A stretch of DNA of 64,000 nucleotides from Eledone cirrhosa (GCA_964016885.1 OZ024762.1:14942001-15006000), one strand, 5' to 3'. Counted from the stretch's first letter, positions 25,026 to 40,598 are shown. Notes: generated by a model from the sequence alone, not told the origin. Program-made: numbers and translations.

Positions 25026-27139
25026 CAGGGTGTTCCCCAAAAATGTATACACATTTCAACAGCATTCTAATAAATATTGCCTACACATGTAATCAAAGTA
25101 TGTATACATTTTTGGGGACACCTTGTATGTATATATATGACGAGCTTCTGCAGTTTCCGTCTACTAAACCTCTCTCAAGGTATTAGTCAACAAATCCATT
25201 TTTTTTAATGACAAGTTTAAATTCTGGTGACCAGGGACTGAATTTTTATTAATTTTATCATAATTTTATCATCTCCTCGTTTCCAAGGAGGGGGGGGGGG
25301 GGGGTCCGTAACATTTATCCAAGAAGTACTCGTGTGTTTGATAGAGAATCGACTGTAGTATGCTGTTCGGCTTTTTCTCCCCCGCATCCTTCCAAAACAA
25401 ATATAATTTTAACAAATTATTAAATAGATAGATAGGTTGGTCCTGTGCTTTACCCCCATTTTGAATTTACGATCAAAGAATCGATAATTTTTACCTGTGA
25501 ACTCTGTCGTTCCCAGCGAAGAGAGAGAAAGTGTCTGAACAGAAGTGCTACCTGCTTTATATAACTGATTATATAACCTGCCTTAAAATCAAAATAATAA
25601 TAATAATAATTGTTTCTACTTTTGGCACAAGGCCAGCAATTATCCCAGTACATTACTGGTACTGCACTGGGGTATAATAATTGTTTCTACTTTTGGCACA
25701 AGGCCAGCAATTATCGCAGTACATTACTGGTACTTTATTTTATCGACCTCGTTAGGATGAAAGACAAAGTTAACCTCGGAGAGATTTGAACTCAGACCGT
25801 AGAGAGCTGTAACTCTATGTTGCAAAGCATGGCATCCGACCCTCTACTGATTCTGCCAATCAACCGCCCTAATAATAATAATTGTTTCTAACATAGGCAC
25901 AAGTCTTGACCTCAGCACTGGAATGGTACTTTACTGGGGTCGATTTAAGCGACTTTCCCCATTTTCCTTCAAATTACTGGCCTTGTGCCTCTCTTTGCAA
26001 GAATTATTATATAAGAATCATAATTATATTTATCATAACAAATTATTATATAACAGTGAATTATTATATAATAGTGTAAATGTGGTTGGTGTTGGGAAGG
26101 GCATTCAGCTGTAAAAGTACTCTGGCCAAATTTACAGTTGAATTATATAGTAATCTAAATGTGGATGGTGTTAGGAAGGGCATTCATCTGTAAAAAAAAG
26201 CCCTGGCCTAATTTACAGTCCAGTCAGGTACAGCTTGGTCCATCCTAACCAGACTTGTCCTTCGACACAGACCCATGCAAGCATGGAAAAATGGACGTAA
26301 AATGGTTATGATGATGATGCATAATTTCTAATTTTGGCACAAGAGCAGCAATGTTAGGGAAGAGATAGCCATTTATATCAGACCCCAGTTTTTAACTGGT
26401 ACTTTTTTTTTTTTATCAACCTTGAAAGGATAACAGGCAAAGTTGACCCCTGGGTGGGATTTGAACACAGAGAGCTAGAACAAATACTGCAAGGCATTCT
26501 ATCCAATAGTCTAATGGTTCTACCAATTCAGTTGATACCCTGTTTATTTACAGGTAAAAAGGTAGCAGCTTATAGACATTTGTCACTTTTGGTGACAAGT
26601 GTTTCACTTATGATGGAAGGTTTTTAGATAAATATAACAGACCTGTCAACTCTTCCTGTCCGACAGGGAGATCTCCCACCTACTTTGTGGTGGTGAGGGA
26701 TGTATTCTCTTGTGAAATTATGTAAAATCTTCCCATTTTAGAACACTTTTTTTATGGTACTCCTTGTTTGGGTTTTTAGAGGTTGACAGTTCTGACATAA
26801 ACAATTTAAAACAGTTTTGTATCATAAGACCAGAGACAGTTTGATGTTGGTTTGTTATCAAAAGGGTTAAGCTGAACTTTGGAACATAACCTAACAAAGG
26901 GCTCTACATAAAATTATGATGGAAAGTTTTATTAGATAAATATAAACATCTTTGTATCATAGAACCAGGGCATTACTGGTGCTTTTTTTTTATCGCCCCC
27001 ATGAAGATGAAAGGCAAATTTAACCTCGGCAGGATTTGAACACAGAACATAAAGGGCCGTACCTCTATGCTGCAAAGCATGCTGTCCGACACTCTACCGA
27101 TTCTGCAATAGTATATATAGAGTAATATAAATAGTAAAG

Positions 27140-27811
27140 GTTTAAACCGGTCATATCTGGCCAGAATTCTCTCACCTCTTTCTGTTCAAACCAACCATAA
27201 CCAGCTGCTCATACTGATGTTAAGGTATTGTTCTCAAATATATAATATCAAAATCTCAGATTCGATATTATGTGAGGTAAAGTGTTTACCGTGACAATAC
27301 AATAGTATATATAGAGTAATGTAAATGTTGTGAGATATTATGTAAGGTAAAGCCTTTACCATGAAAATACAATAGTATATATAGAGTAATGTAAATGTTA
27401 TGTGAGGTAAAGCCTTTACTGTGAAAATACAATAGTATATATAGAGTAATGTAAATGTTACATGAGATATTATGTGAGGTAAAGTGTTTACCTTGAAAAT
27501 ATAATAGTATATATAGAGTAATGTAAATGTTGTGAGATATTATGTAAGGTAAAGCCTTTACCATGAAAATACAATAGTATATATAGAGTAATGTAAATGT
27601 TATGTGAGGTAAAGCCTTTACTGTAAAAATACAATAGTAAATAGAGAGTAATGTAAATGGTATATGAGATATTATGTGTGGTAAAGCCTTTACCATGAAA
27701 ATACAATAGTATATATAGAGTAATGTAAATGTTACATGAGATATTATGTGAGGTAAAGTGTTTACCTTGAAAATATAATAGTATATATAGAGTAAATGCT
27801 AAAGGGTTAAA
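27140..27811. mobile_element. TTAA-flanked MITE with internal tandem amplification (~65-75 bp units)
   Basis: Repeated aaaatacaatagtatatatagagtaatgtaaatg..gtgaggtaaagcctttac; ends aatgctaaaggg|ttaa. Confidence 0.8.
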
Positions 27812-28440
27812 CTGACTGCAGCAGCGGGGAGAGGGTGAAACGACGACGATAACACTGTTATTGCTGCAACTACTACTACTACTACTACTACATTGTCATC
27901 ATTCTCATCACTGCAGCAGCTTGCTTGTCTGTAAAGGATGGGGGGAAGGGCTGTGTGTGTATGTATGTGTATATTTTACAGTGCTCACATGATCGTCTAT
28001 ATACGGTGGTGTTTGTAAGTATTGTCGACATGAGATGAAGCTGTGTGGGGGTGGGGTGTTAGATGGATGACTGTGCAGTATTTTTTTTTTTATTTTTTTT
28101 TTTATCTCCCAGAGACCAACAACCTCCTTTGAGAAGACTTTCTGATCAGATGTGTTCTAGAAATGACCATCCCATATTATTTATATTATTTATTTATTTA
28201 GTTATTGCAACAGCAGTTATCTCTAATTATTACATCTTTTTCATTTCTTTTACTGGTTTCAGTGGTTAGACTGTGGCCATGCTAAGGCACCGGCTTGAAT
28301 GGGTTCTTTTTCTGTCAGTCCCATCGCAACCACCACCTCACCTCTTCCCAGCGGGTCCATTGTCCCCTGTTTGTATTGAATCTGGTACTTATTTTATATC
28401 AAAGTTATGGAGCCATAAACGAGCAGTAAACAGACCAGGG

Positions 28441-28484
<44 letters not shown>

Positions 28485-28694
28485 CCCATGCTAGCGGGGA
28501 AAATGGACGTTAAACGAAGATGATGATGATAATGATATATTATTGTTGTCATCGTCCTTATATGTCAGTTTTTCGCTGCATGTGCAAGTTGGATGGGCGA
28601 GGGTGTCTTCCAGCATTGTGTCTTTACACCTGCTGCATTCCTTCATCACCGGTCAGGTTTGGCTTATTGAGAAGCACTCTCACTACTTCTTTGG

Positions 28695-28770
<76 letters not shown>

Positions 28771-29003
28771 ACCGTATTTGATGGCTTATAAGATGCACCT
28801 CAATTTGGGCAGGCATTTAAAAAAGATAGATAAATGGGTTTTAAACCACGAATATCAGGTGAAGGGTATAAAGTTTGTACATCATATTTTTATAATTCTA
28901 CTTTGTAATTATATATATATAGTAATAATAAATGGGAAGATTAAAATCAGAGGAGGGCTTGCTAAGGATTATATATATATATATATAAAAACCCGTAGAG
29001 CAA

Positions 29004-29042
<39 letters not shown>

Positions 29043-29046
<4 letters not shown>

Positions 29047-29161
29047 TACAGATAAAAGTTTAAGCAAAGAACCGCTGCTTTCACCCTTAATGGGATCCTC
29101 TGAAAATCCCATTAAGAGTGAAAGCAGTGATTCTTTGCTTAAACTTTAATCTGTACTTATA
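29043..29161. mobile_element. Family H fold-back with U4A hammerhead core
   Basis: Minus strand: tttt-CAGAGGA-tcccattaagggt-GAAA-gcagcggttctttgc-TT-aaact; inverted arms. Confidence 0.7.
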
Positions 29162-31077
29162 TATATATATATTTGCTTATAATATATATATACACATGTA
29201 AATAAGACTGTTATTGCTCCAATTTGTCTACAAAACACCAAGCAAACACCCTAATCCAAACGCTAACCTGCGCTCGTGACTCCTGCTAAACCATCTGTAA
29301 GCCCACCTTTTCCCATTCAGTGGGGTTATATGCCCTGTTATATTTTGTCAAAAGTTACAGTGAAATCTTCTAATTCAATTTTCAAAATCCACTCGCCATT
29401 TCCTAAACACGTGCTGGGCTTCCACACAGTTTGTATCTACCAAATTTCATTCACTTCGTATTGGTGAAACAGGTTTTAATATCATAGGTGACTATTAAAT
29501 GAGACACATAATGGGTGCTGTATGATTAAGAAGTTCGCTTTGCAACCACATGGTATCAGGTTCCATCCCATCGTGTGGCACCTTGAATGAATATCTTCTA
29601 TTATAGCTTCAGGTCTAAGACTAACGCCTCTCTTAAGCCATTTAAGGTTCATTAGGCTGGTGTGAAGCAACTGAGTACAAGACTCCTCCCTGGACAGGAC
29701 GCCAGTCTATCACAGAGTTAAACCTCCAGTTATTGCTGGTACTCATTTTCAGCTGAGTATACTGAAGCAACGTGAAATGAAGTGTTTTGCTCAAGAACAC
29801 AACACGCAACCCAGCCCAGGAATCGAACCCATGACATTATGATAGTAAGTCCAACACCCTTAACACTAGACCATGCACCTTCACATAGCTTTGGGTCCCA
29901 GCATATAATCTGTTTTTCCATGCTTGTTGGAGTTGGACAGACCTACCTACTCCCCAAAAGACAATCTTGTCAAGTGTTGCATTCCTTCATTTCCTTTGTT
30001 AGGTTCAGCTTCCTGAGATCAGAATTGACCACTTTTGCCCATATCCTGCTTATTCTTCCATAGCCTCAATCCATATACATCACATGTCCATGCCAGCATA
30101 GTCTTCTCTCTGCCATCCTTCCACGCGACATATGATTCCACTTATGCATAATTTTTTCTTTCTCTGTTTATACATCTATCCAAGCCTGCTATTTTCATTT
30201 TTTTTTCCCCACTCTCACACATCCTCTTCATCTAGTGCTCATGTCACGTTATATAGCATCATACAATCTAATCTCTGTGCCACTGTCAGTCAGAGTTTGT
30301 TGTTGTTACAACTCACACCTATGTAAGTTTAGTATAGAGCATTGAGTTAATACATGTATATATTGGTATGGTATGGTGGGGTGGGGGGCATATTGACATA
30401 CAGTGTTTCTAGGACAAGTTTTTAAACTTGGTGGAGCGCATCACCTATCTAGGTCTGAATATAGCAGATTTCTTCCAGCGAAGGATAGAAAGTGAGAGAA
30501 AGGAACTGAGAAAGAGAAACAAAGGAAAAGTTGACCCATTGACCTCTAAAGGCTGAAAGGTGACCTCTGCAGGATTTGAATTTAGAGAGCAGAGAACTGG
30601 AATGAATACTGCAAAGGGTTCTTTCCGACGTTCTAACCACTCTGCCAATTCACCACAATATATGTATGTAGCTGTTGATAGAATTGTAGCAGGGCACCAT
30701 TGTGACAGACACCGTTTCTTGGTCATTGTAATCCTAGTGGAGTTTAGTCCCTCTCCAAATCAGAATACAACAAATTTCTTCCAGGTAAAGAAGCAAGAAT
30801 GAAATATATAAGAAGAGTTGACGCAAGTACTAAACTGGTGCTATTTTTATTGACTTTAAAAGGAGTGAAAACAAATTTGAACTCTGAGAGACGAGGGCCA
30901 GAATGAGAACTGCAAAGCAGTCTATCTGATGTCAACTTTGCCAATGGGCTGCGTTGGAGTTAACTAGGAACCTTTAACCCTTTAACATTTAAACCGGCCT
31001 TATCCGGCCAGAATTCTCTCACCTCTTTCTGCTCATACTTATGTTAACCCTTTAGCATTTACATTACTCTATATAAT

Positions 31078-31419
31078 GGAGGCACATGGCTTAGTGGTTA
31101 GAGCATTGGCCTTGCAATCGAAAGATTGTGAGTTCAATTCTCAGACCGGGTGATGTGTTGTTTCCTTGAGCAAGGCACTTTATTTCACATTGCTCCAGTT
31201 TACTCAGCTGTAGAAATGAGATGATAGGGACCCCAGTCCCTATCATTCCACTGCAAAGTGGTCGTGGAGGTGCCACAGCAAAAAAAGCACTCAGCACTCA
31301 CTGTAAATGAGGTTGGTGTTAGGAAGGGCATCCAGCTGTAGAAATCAAGCCAGAATCAGTTCCTGTCCCACCCTTGCAAGCAGGGAAAAGTGGACGTAAA
31401 ATGAAATGATGATGATGAT
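31078..31419 (+). mobile_element. tRNA-derived SINE family 2 (CORE-like middle, RTE-derived tail), nested in a TTAA MITE
   Basis: tggcttagtggttaga A-box, gagttcaattct B-box, ccttgagcaaggcacttta, (GAT)n tail. Full copies at 37829-38163(+), 55235-55572(+) and 57126-57461(-); partial or diverged copies at 40078-40475(-), 33438-33600 and 29720-29882(-). Confidence 0.9.
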
Positions 31420-34400
31420 ACTATTGTATTTTCACAGCAAAGGCTTTACCTCACATATCGAATCTATGATTTTGATATTATTTATTTTGAGAACAATACC
31501 TTAACATAAGTATAAGCAGTTGCTTGCGGCCAGTTTGAACAGAAAGAGGTGAGAGAATTCTGGCTGGGTATGGCCGGTTTAAATGCTAAAGGATTAAGTT
31601 ATTGTTCTCAAAATAAATAATATCAAAATCTCGTAGATTTGATATTATGTGAGATAAAGCCTTTACTGTGAAAATACAATAGTATATATATAGAGTAATG
31701 TAAATGGTAAAAGGTTAAAATGGTTGGTTTTGTGTCCTAGAACCAGAACCAGTTTGGGGGGCCATTAATGGTATCATAAGAGTTAACTAATATGTTTTGT
31801 TTTTCTCAACTTAAACCCCCCCCCCCCCCCCTGTATATGCACACAACCCCCATTAATTATTTACAGTTCATCAAAGTTGGTGATCAACTACAACATGCCA
31901 TGTATTTGTATTTATGTTTATATATATCTCAGTCTGTAAAAAATTGCACATATACATACATCAATACAATTCTTATCTCAGTCATGTTGCTACAATAAGT
32001 TCACTTTTCAATCACAAGGTCTTGGGTTCTAATCTTATGTTTGTCTTTGTAACTTTGTAAATAGTTATTTCTCCAAAGTTACTCATATATTTAATCCTGT
32101 GTCATTTGTATATATATATATATGTATGTATGTTGAACATTTATGTAATTATATCCTTGAAATAAATTATTAAAATATCATTCTTATCTTAAACCATTTG
32201 TGTTAGTTATCAACTAAAACTATAGAATTTCTTTTAAACCATAAATTCATGGAAATATAAATTTCCTAGTTTATATGTCGAGTATTGCCATCATTATTGA
32301 TAGCATTGGTCCACAAGTCTTGTATATAATGTATCTTTACTGCCATTGTCAGTAATCAACATAAACTATAGGGCTTCTCTTAAGCAAACCATCAATTCAT
32401 CAAAATGCAAATTTCCCCAGTTTGTCTGATTGTTCATATATCCAGTAATCCTGGTATATGTGACCTACCAATCCTGGACTCCACAAATTAAATACATTCA
32501 AAGCTACCACCATCATTCATGGCACTTGGGACACTGGACTGACAGTCATTACAGCATCAGATAGAATGATTTGCAGTATTTATTTTGGCTGTCTGCACTT
32601 TTTCAAATGTCGCCATGGTCAACTTTTCCTCTCACCTTGCAGGGTTGACAAAATTAAGTACCTTGCAACAATATCGTTGACCATTTGCCAATGCAGTAAA
32701 GAATTATTGATAACACTGGTTCACATATTTGCCTAACCCTGTAACATTTAAACCGGCCATATCCAGCCAGAATTCTTTCACCTCTTTCTGTTTAAACTGA
32801 CTGTAACCAGCTGCTTATACTGATGTTAAGGTATTGCTCTCAAGATAAATAATATCAATATCTCATAGATTCAGTATTATGTGAGGTTAGGGATATATAG
32901 AGTAATGTAAATGCTATGTGAGATATTATGAGAGGTAAAGCTTTTACCATGAAAATATAATAGTAAATATAGAGTAATGTAAATGCTGAAGGGTTATGCA
33001 ATCACTTTAAGGTGTACTTGTAAGATAATTTCACTTCGTAGTCATTGTTGTGGTTAATCTATTGTAGGTGGTATACACCAGGTCTAAATATATTATTTAT
33101 GGTGTTTCCCTCTAATATTGGAGCAAAGAATTCATTTCTTGCACCATTAAGTGTATAGGGACTACTGCAGATAATTTGGCTTGTTGCCGTAGTGTAATTA
33201 CAACTTGGATGTACTACTTTAAATAATCTGTGTGTATATGTATAACCTGTTGGTATTTGTCATTGTTGTGGTTATATACTATGGTTATTTACCTAGTTGA
33301 TATATTCATGGTATCATCCTTGTATAAGTTTGTGTTACAACTCTGGTTGAGAAATTTATTAACTTTTCACACCATTGAGTGATTTCAGACTGCCTCAATT
33401 TTTGTGTCTGTCCTATTGCAGCTTCATCTTCAGTTTGTGAAGGCATATAACTCAGTGGTTAGTGTGTTGGGCTTGCAATTGTGAGGTTGTGAGTTTGATT
33501 CCCAAACTGGGTGATGTGTTGTATCCTTGAGCAAGACACTAAATTTCATGTTGCTCCAATTCACCCAACTGTAGAAATAAGTTGCGATGTCACTTGTGCC
33601 AAGTTGTATAGGCATTGCCTTACCCCCAAACATTGGTGGTATTGAGAAGGGAGAGGAAGACTGGCATGCATAGTCAACTGCTGGTCTTCCACTAACCACC
33701 TTGCCCAAATTTGTGCCTCAGCAGGGACCTTTCTCAGTGCAAATCCCATGGCCATTTGTGACTGGAGTCTTTTTTATGTATAGATATATGTATAAATTTA
33801 TCGAACCAGACAAATTGAATGTCTTACCTCGCCGAATTTTCACTCGCTCTGTGATTTTATAAAACCTGTATTTATTAAATGCAAGTCTGTTTATCAGAGC
33901 ACACACTTTGAATTAGTGGTAAAAATGATATAAGTATAGCTGGTGACTTCAGTCAGTTTTCCAGGTCTCACACTTTATAACTACAGTGTTAACTCTGGAT
34001 TTAATGTTTGTTTTTAACTTTCGATCCATTGAGTGCTTTGTGATTGCCTCAAACAAATCGAATAGTACTTACTGTACAACAGCTAAACATCAATTTACAA
34101 TTATTATTATATATATGTGAATTGGCAGTATCGGTAGAGGGTCGGACGCCATGCTTTCCAGCATAGTTACGTCCCTTTACGATCTGAGTTCAAATCCCGC
34201 CGAGGTTGACTTTGCCATTCATCCTTACGGGGTCGATAAAATAAAGTACCAGTAATGCACTGGGTAATTGCTGGCCTTGTGCCTAAAGTAGAAACAATTA
34301 TTATATATATATATATAGTAATAATAATAAATTTGAAGACTAAAATCTAAAGATTTAAAATCCAATTCTTTGCTTAAACTTTAATCTGTTATTTTAATAA

Positions 34401-34431
<31 letters not shown>

Positions 34432-34509
34432 TATAGTGTAGGTGGTTCAGTGAATTACTGGTGTTGGTATCAAATTATGCACTCTATGCACAGTCAGAGT
34501 GTATATAAT

Positions 34510-34762
34510 AGAGAACAATGTTTCGTTTACATACAAAAGATATATATTGTGTTATGACCTGTAACGCGTATTTCACAGAGGATTGGCTCAAGCTCACAAC
34601 AAAAATATATATTTTTGTCACATCACCAGTCTGGGGAGCAGATCAAAACTGAAATCTGATCTGTAACTCCTATGGGTAACCTTGACCCAATCCTCTGCTG
34701 TGAAATGTGTGTAACAGGTTGCTACACAATAAATATATTTTATATGTAAACGAAACTTCCTC
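34510..34762. mobile_element. MITE-like element with long imperfect inverted repeats
   Basis: gtttcgtttacata..tatttcacagagg versus cctctgctgtgaaat..tatgtaaacgaaac. Confidence 0.55.
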
Positions 34763-34785
34763 GTTTTATATATATATTGATATTA

Positions 34786-35205
34786 ATATAGATGTAGGTA
34801 GATAGATAGATATAGATGTAGGTAGATAGATATAGATGTAGGTAGATAGATATAGATGTAGATAGATAGATATAGATGTAGATAGATAGATATAGATGTA
34901 GATAGATAGATATAGATGTAGGTAGATAGATATAGATGTAGATATATAGATGTAGATAGATAGATATAGATGTAGGTAGATAGATATAGATGTAGATAGA
35001 TAGATATAGATGTAGATAGATAGATATAGATGTAGATAGATAGATATAGATGTAGATAGATAGATATAGATGTAGGTAGATAGATATAGATGTAGATAGA
35101 TAGATATAGATGTAGATAGATAGATATAGATGTAGATAGATATAGATGTAGATAGATAGATGTAGGTAGATAGATAGAGATAGATATAGATGTAGATAGA
35201 TATAT
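34786..35205. repeat. 20-bp compound microsatellite (tagatagatagatatagatg)n
   Basis: Direct reading. Confidence 0.95.
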
Positions 35206-35634
35206 ATATAGTTGTAGATTTATAGACATTATTTAAATCTCGTTGCATGTTCAAGCTGTCCTAGTTAGATGTCTTTCAAATTTGGAAAACAAATCACAAT
35301 CATTGGTTCTAATTAAATCCACTGCCGTATTTTTCAGTTTCCTGCTACAAAATAACATATTTGCTGACGATCCAAACTCAACTCCACAATCATTTGCCGT
35401 CAACATGGTATATGTATTTCTGTTTGCTGTATTTCATGGTTGTCTACAGCATGTTTTAAATTGTGTGCAGTTTTATTGATGATATTCTATAGGGAGCCAG
35501 CCCAAACCTCCTATATAATATAAGCTCCTTACACTACTTTAACCTCTCTCATGTTCACCTGTGTGTCATTAAAGCTAGCTAGCTATCTTATCTATCTTTC
35601 TGTCTCTCTATCTATCTATCTGTTTTTGCATTTC

Positions 35635-36092
35635 TTTTATTCTTTCGCTGGTTTCAGTCATTAGGCTGTGGCCATACTGGGGCACCACCTTATAATTATT
35701 CTCTTACTGCTTTCAATCATTAGACTGTGGCCATGCTAGGGCACCAACCACCTTATTCTTCTCTTACTGCTTTCAGTCATTAGACTGTGGCCATACTGGG
35801 GCACCACCTTATAATTATTCTTACTGCTTTCAATCATTAGACTGTGGCCATGCTAGGGCACCAACCACCTTATTCTTCTCTTACTGCTTTCAGTCATTAG
35901 ACTGTTGCCATGCTGGGGCACCACCATATAATTATTCTCTTACTGCTTTCAAGTCATTAGACTGCGGCCATGCTAGGGCACCAACCACCTTATTCTTACT
36001 ACTTTTAGTGATTAGACTGGCCATGCTGGGGCACCATTGTATATTATTCTCTTACTGCTTTCAATCATTAGACTGGCCATGTTGGGGCACTG
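35635..36092. repeat. ~60-bp tandem array with alternating A/B units (ttactgctttca.tcattagactgtggccatgctggggcacc)
   Basis: About 8 units. The same motif occurs singly at 24845-24890, 28250-28295 and 55858-55900(-). Confidence 0.85.
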
Positions 36093-36425
36093 ACTTTTTA
36101 GTCAATCATATCAACTTCAATACTGGGACTTATTTTGTCGAATTACTTGGCTACATAATTTAAAGAATTTCAACACGGAAGTGTAAACAGGGACAGGATC
36201 ATATATGTAATGTAATGGTTAACACGTTTACATGGTATTTGAGAGATATAGGGAGGGTCTGATTCTGTGTGGGTGCTACTGGTCACTTTTTTCCCATCTC
36301 TAGGGGTCTTTTACATGATCTTCTTAGCTATTATTTCTAGCAATTGGTTGGCTGTTATAGGTTATTTTCTGCTTTTGGAATTTCCATGTTTTCAAATTTC
36401 AACTGATCCAGCACTTTCTACAATT

Positions 36426-36476
<51 letters not shown>

Positions 36477-36611
36477 GGTGTCCCCCAGAAATGTATACAC
36501 ACTTGATTATCTGTACAGGCAATATTTATTAGAATGTTGTTGAAGTGTGTATACATTTTTTGGGACACCCTATATATATATATATACACGTGTGTGTAGT
36601 ATGTATGTCTA

Positions 36612-36666
<55 letters not shown>

Positions 36667-36785
36667 GGAATATCCCCCCAAAAATGTATACACACTCCAA
36701 CAGCATTTCAATATTGCCTGTACAGGTAATCAAAGTGTGTATACATTTTGGGGGGACATCCTGTATGTATGTGTATATATATATA

Positions 36786-36962
36786 TATTTAATATAGAAA
36801 TGGCTTCTACAGGACTAGAACTGTTTCATTACGGAGAAATCTTCAGGAAGCCGAATGAAACAGTTCTAGTCCTGTAGAAGCCAGTTCTATATTAAATATT
36901 TATACTCTGCTTTGTATTGAGTACCTTACTTACTGCAGTTACCCCTGATTGAACCCGGGATA
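36786..36962. mobile_element. Family A fold-back with complete hammerhead on minus strand (36802-36852)
   Basis: ggcttc-CTGAAGA-tttctccgtaat-GAAA-cag-ttctagtc-ctg-TA-gaagcc: 6-bp stem I, 4-bp stem III, GUA triplet, weak stem II. Confidence 0.75.
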
Positions 36963-37681
36963 AATTTATATATATATATGCATAAACGGGCTTCTGCACA
37001 GTTTCTGTCTATCAAATTTCACTCTCAAGGAATTGGTCAATCCAAGGCTACAGTAGAAAAACACATGGCCAGGATGCCAGAATCTCATCCATACTTATTC
37101 CTATTTCGGGTATAATTATTGTAAAACAGTTTAATGCTAACAATGGGATTAAAATTCTAATCTTCTTAATGACTCGTTTGAAACATTTAATTAGCTGCTG
37201 CAGTATATCCTAGCTCTAGCGGCTTTTATGCCAATGTGTGGTGTGAGTAGATGGTAGCTTTCTCTCTCTCGCTCTCTCTCTTTCTCTCTTTGTTTTGTCG
37301 GTTTGTGTTGTTAATAATATATATACATATATATATGTGTGTGTGTTTTGTGTGTCGTGTTACAAAATCTAACCATCTTGTGGCAAACCAAATGTCATAG
37401 ACTAATATAAACATATATATATATATTTTTACAGGTAGAAACTAATTTGTCTGTGTGTGTGTGTATATATATATATATATTAAAAAAACAAATGTTATAT
37501 TTATATACTTACATATATATATATATATATAATATGAAAAATAGAAATAGAAAAACAAATGTTATATATATATATGTATATAGATCACCTTGACCGACCA
37601 GTCTGTCGGGCGTCGCTGGTCACAGCACGTGCTCTTTTAGTCATACGATGACGCCATCCCACTGGCTGGGCGGACAGGCCA

Positions 37682-37747
<66 letters not shown>

Positions 37748-38942
37748 AAACAAATGTTATACATACATGCATATATATATATCAAAAATATAAATAGAAA
37801 AACATAAATGTTATATATATATATAGATGGAGGCACATGGCTTAGTGGTTAGAGCATTGGCCTTGCAATCGAAAGATTGTGAGTTCAATTCTCGGACCGG
37901 GTGATGTGTTGTTTCCTTGAGCAAGACACTTTATTTCACATTGCTCCAGTTTACTCAGCTGTAGAAATGAGATGATAGGGACTGGAGTCCATATCATTCC
38001 ACTGCAAAGTGGTCATGGAGGTGCCCCAACAAAAAAGCACCCAGCACTCACTGTAGATGAGGTTGATGTTAGGAACGGCATCCAGCTGTAGAAATCAAGC
38101 TAGAATCAGTTCCCGTCCCACCCTTGCAAGCAGGGAAAAGTGGACGTAAAATGAAATGATATGAAAAATATTAATAGAAAAACATAAATGTAATATATAT
38201 ATATATATTTCTATTCATATTTTTCATATATATATATATCATCATTTCATCATGAAAATGATGAAATGATGATATATATATATATATGAAAAATATTAAT
38301 AGAAAAACATAAATGTAATATATATATATATATATTTCTATTAATATTTTTCATATATATATATATCATCATTTCATCATGAAAAGGATGAAATGATGAT
38401 ATATATATATATGAAAAATATTAATAGAAAAACATAAATGTAATATATATATATATGAAAAATATTAATAGAAAAACATAAATGCAATATATATACTTAA
38501 TGTGCGTGTTTAGCAGATATATATTTTTTTCTTCGTATTCCCCATGCTTTGCAAGTTGACATTCTCACATATACACACACATATATTTTGCCTGTTCATA
38601 TATACAGCTGTTTGAAGTTAGGCTTATTTTTAGTTTAAGATAAACAATTGTTGCACCACAATATAAACACAATGAGTGTGTGTGTGTGTGTGTGTCTGTC
38701 ATCATACAAACTTAACATCTTTCTCTGCAATTAACTTGAAATCCTGTTTTCTGCTTTTGTGTGACTTTCTAAAACACACTCTACGTTTTTTTTGGCTTAG
38801 CTTACATTATTTATGCATAATGAGTGTGAAACTAATATATATCTTCATTGTACTTCGTCTGTTGTGTGTTTTTTTTCCAGTTTACTTTTACATATTTGCA
38901 TATATATATATATATATTTATTTATTATTACTATAGTTTAAA

Positions 38943-38993
38943 AGTTTAAGCAAAGAATTTCTACTTTCACCCTAAGCAGGATCATCTGAAACT
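38943..38993 (-). ncRNA. Family H hammerhead fold (CAGATGA core)
   Basis: agttt-CAGATGA-tcctgcttagggt-GAAA-gtagaaattctttgc-TT-aaact. Confidence 0.6.
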
Positions 38994-39395
38994 AAGAAAT
39001 ATCAATTTGTATTTACTATTACCATCATTACTATAAAAGGCAGGGGGTTGGCAGTATCGGTAGAGCGTCAAACACAATGCTTTGCAGCATAGAGTTATGG
39101 CCCTTTGTGTTCTGAATTCAAATCCCGCCACGGTTAGCTTTGCTTTTCATCCTTACGGGGTCGATAAAACAGAGTACCAGTAATGCACTGGGGTAATTGC
39201 TGGCCTTGTGCCAAAAGTAGAAACAATTATTACTATCATCATCACTGTTTAACATCCTTTTTTCTACGCTAGCATGGGTTAGACGGATTTGTCCTGTTTG
39301 AGAGGCAAGTTCGGTCAGGTGACTGTCCTGCTCATACAGGACTGTTTCTGGCTAGATTTCTACAGCTGGATACCCTTCCTAACGCCAACCACATT

Positions 39396-39692
39396 TTCAG
39401 TGTGGACTGGGTGCTTTTTGTCTTGACACCTACACGACCCCCTTACAGTGTGGGCTGAATGCTTTTTGTCTTGACACCTACACGACCCCCTTACAGTGTG
39501 GGCTGGATGCTTTTTGTCTTGACACCTATACGACCCCCTTACAGTGTGGGCTGGATGCTTTTTGTCTTGACACCTACACGGCCCCCTTACAGTGTGGGCT
39601 GGATGCTTTTTGTCTTGACACCTACACGACCCCCTTACAGTGTGAGCTGGATGCTTTTAGTCGTGACACCTACACCCCCCTTACAGTGTAAG
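39396..39692. repeat. 48-bp tandem array (about 6 units) inside an RTE-tailed SINE-like element
   Basis: ttacagtgtgggctggatgctttttgtcttgacacctacacgacccc. Confidence 0.9.
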
Positions 39693-40598
39693 GGGGTATA
39701 GTGGACTAAGTGGTACCTACTGGATTTATGTTTGAGTCCGTGCGCAAGGGAAGGCAGGTCTTCTGTATTACTGTATAACTCCAAAGATCTCAATCCTGTG
39801 TCCTTATCTTTGAGAGATGCACTTGTGCAAGGTATATATATATATGTGTATGTGTGTGTATTGAACAATGACAATAAAACGCAAGTCAAAGATAGGTTCT
39901 TAATTAGTTCATTGTTTTACAATTGTTTCAGAGGGTTGACTGATCATGGTAGAGCGATATAGCGACTAGTAGGTAGTGGTTATGTTCCTACCTATTTCTA
40001 GTCTCAAAATCCCTGCTCTATCTCACCATCTTCCTCAGAAACAATCTTTTGTTTTATTTTCATTGTTCAATACAGACACATCATCATCATCATCACCATT
40101 TTACGTCCATTCTTCCACGCCAGCATGGGTTAGACTGGTTGTCATGTTGTGGGCAGTGTCCGGTCGGCTGACCTTGTCTTGCTCATACAGGAACTGATTC
40201 TGGCTTGATTTCTACAGCTGGATGCCCTTCCTAACACCAACCTCATTTACAGTGAGTGCTGGGTGCTTTTTTTTTCCGTGGTGCCTACACATCCACTTTA
40301 CAGTGTGGACTGGGTGCTTTTTTTGCCGTGGCACCTCCACAGCCACTTTGAAGTGGAATGATAGGGACCCCAGTCCTATCATCTCATTTCTACAGCTGAG
40401 TAAACTGGGGCAATGTGAAATAAAGTGTTTTGCTCAAGGAAACAACACATCACCTGGTTCGAGAATTGAGCTCACATATATATATATATATATACATACA
40501 ACCCTGTAGTTTGAGCACAGTCTTTGAGGGGAACTTATGCAATGAGTCTGCTACAACTACTATAGCACTCACTGCTTAATATTGCTAAAACCATTTCT

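Noticed and set aside
31078-31150. tRNA gene-like sequence
   Set aside because: Continues into the SINE body and RTE tail and is repeated at several loci; a SINE head, not a tRNA gene.
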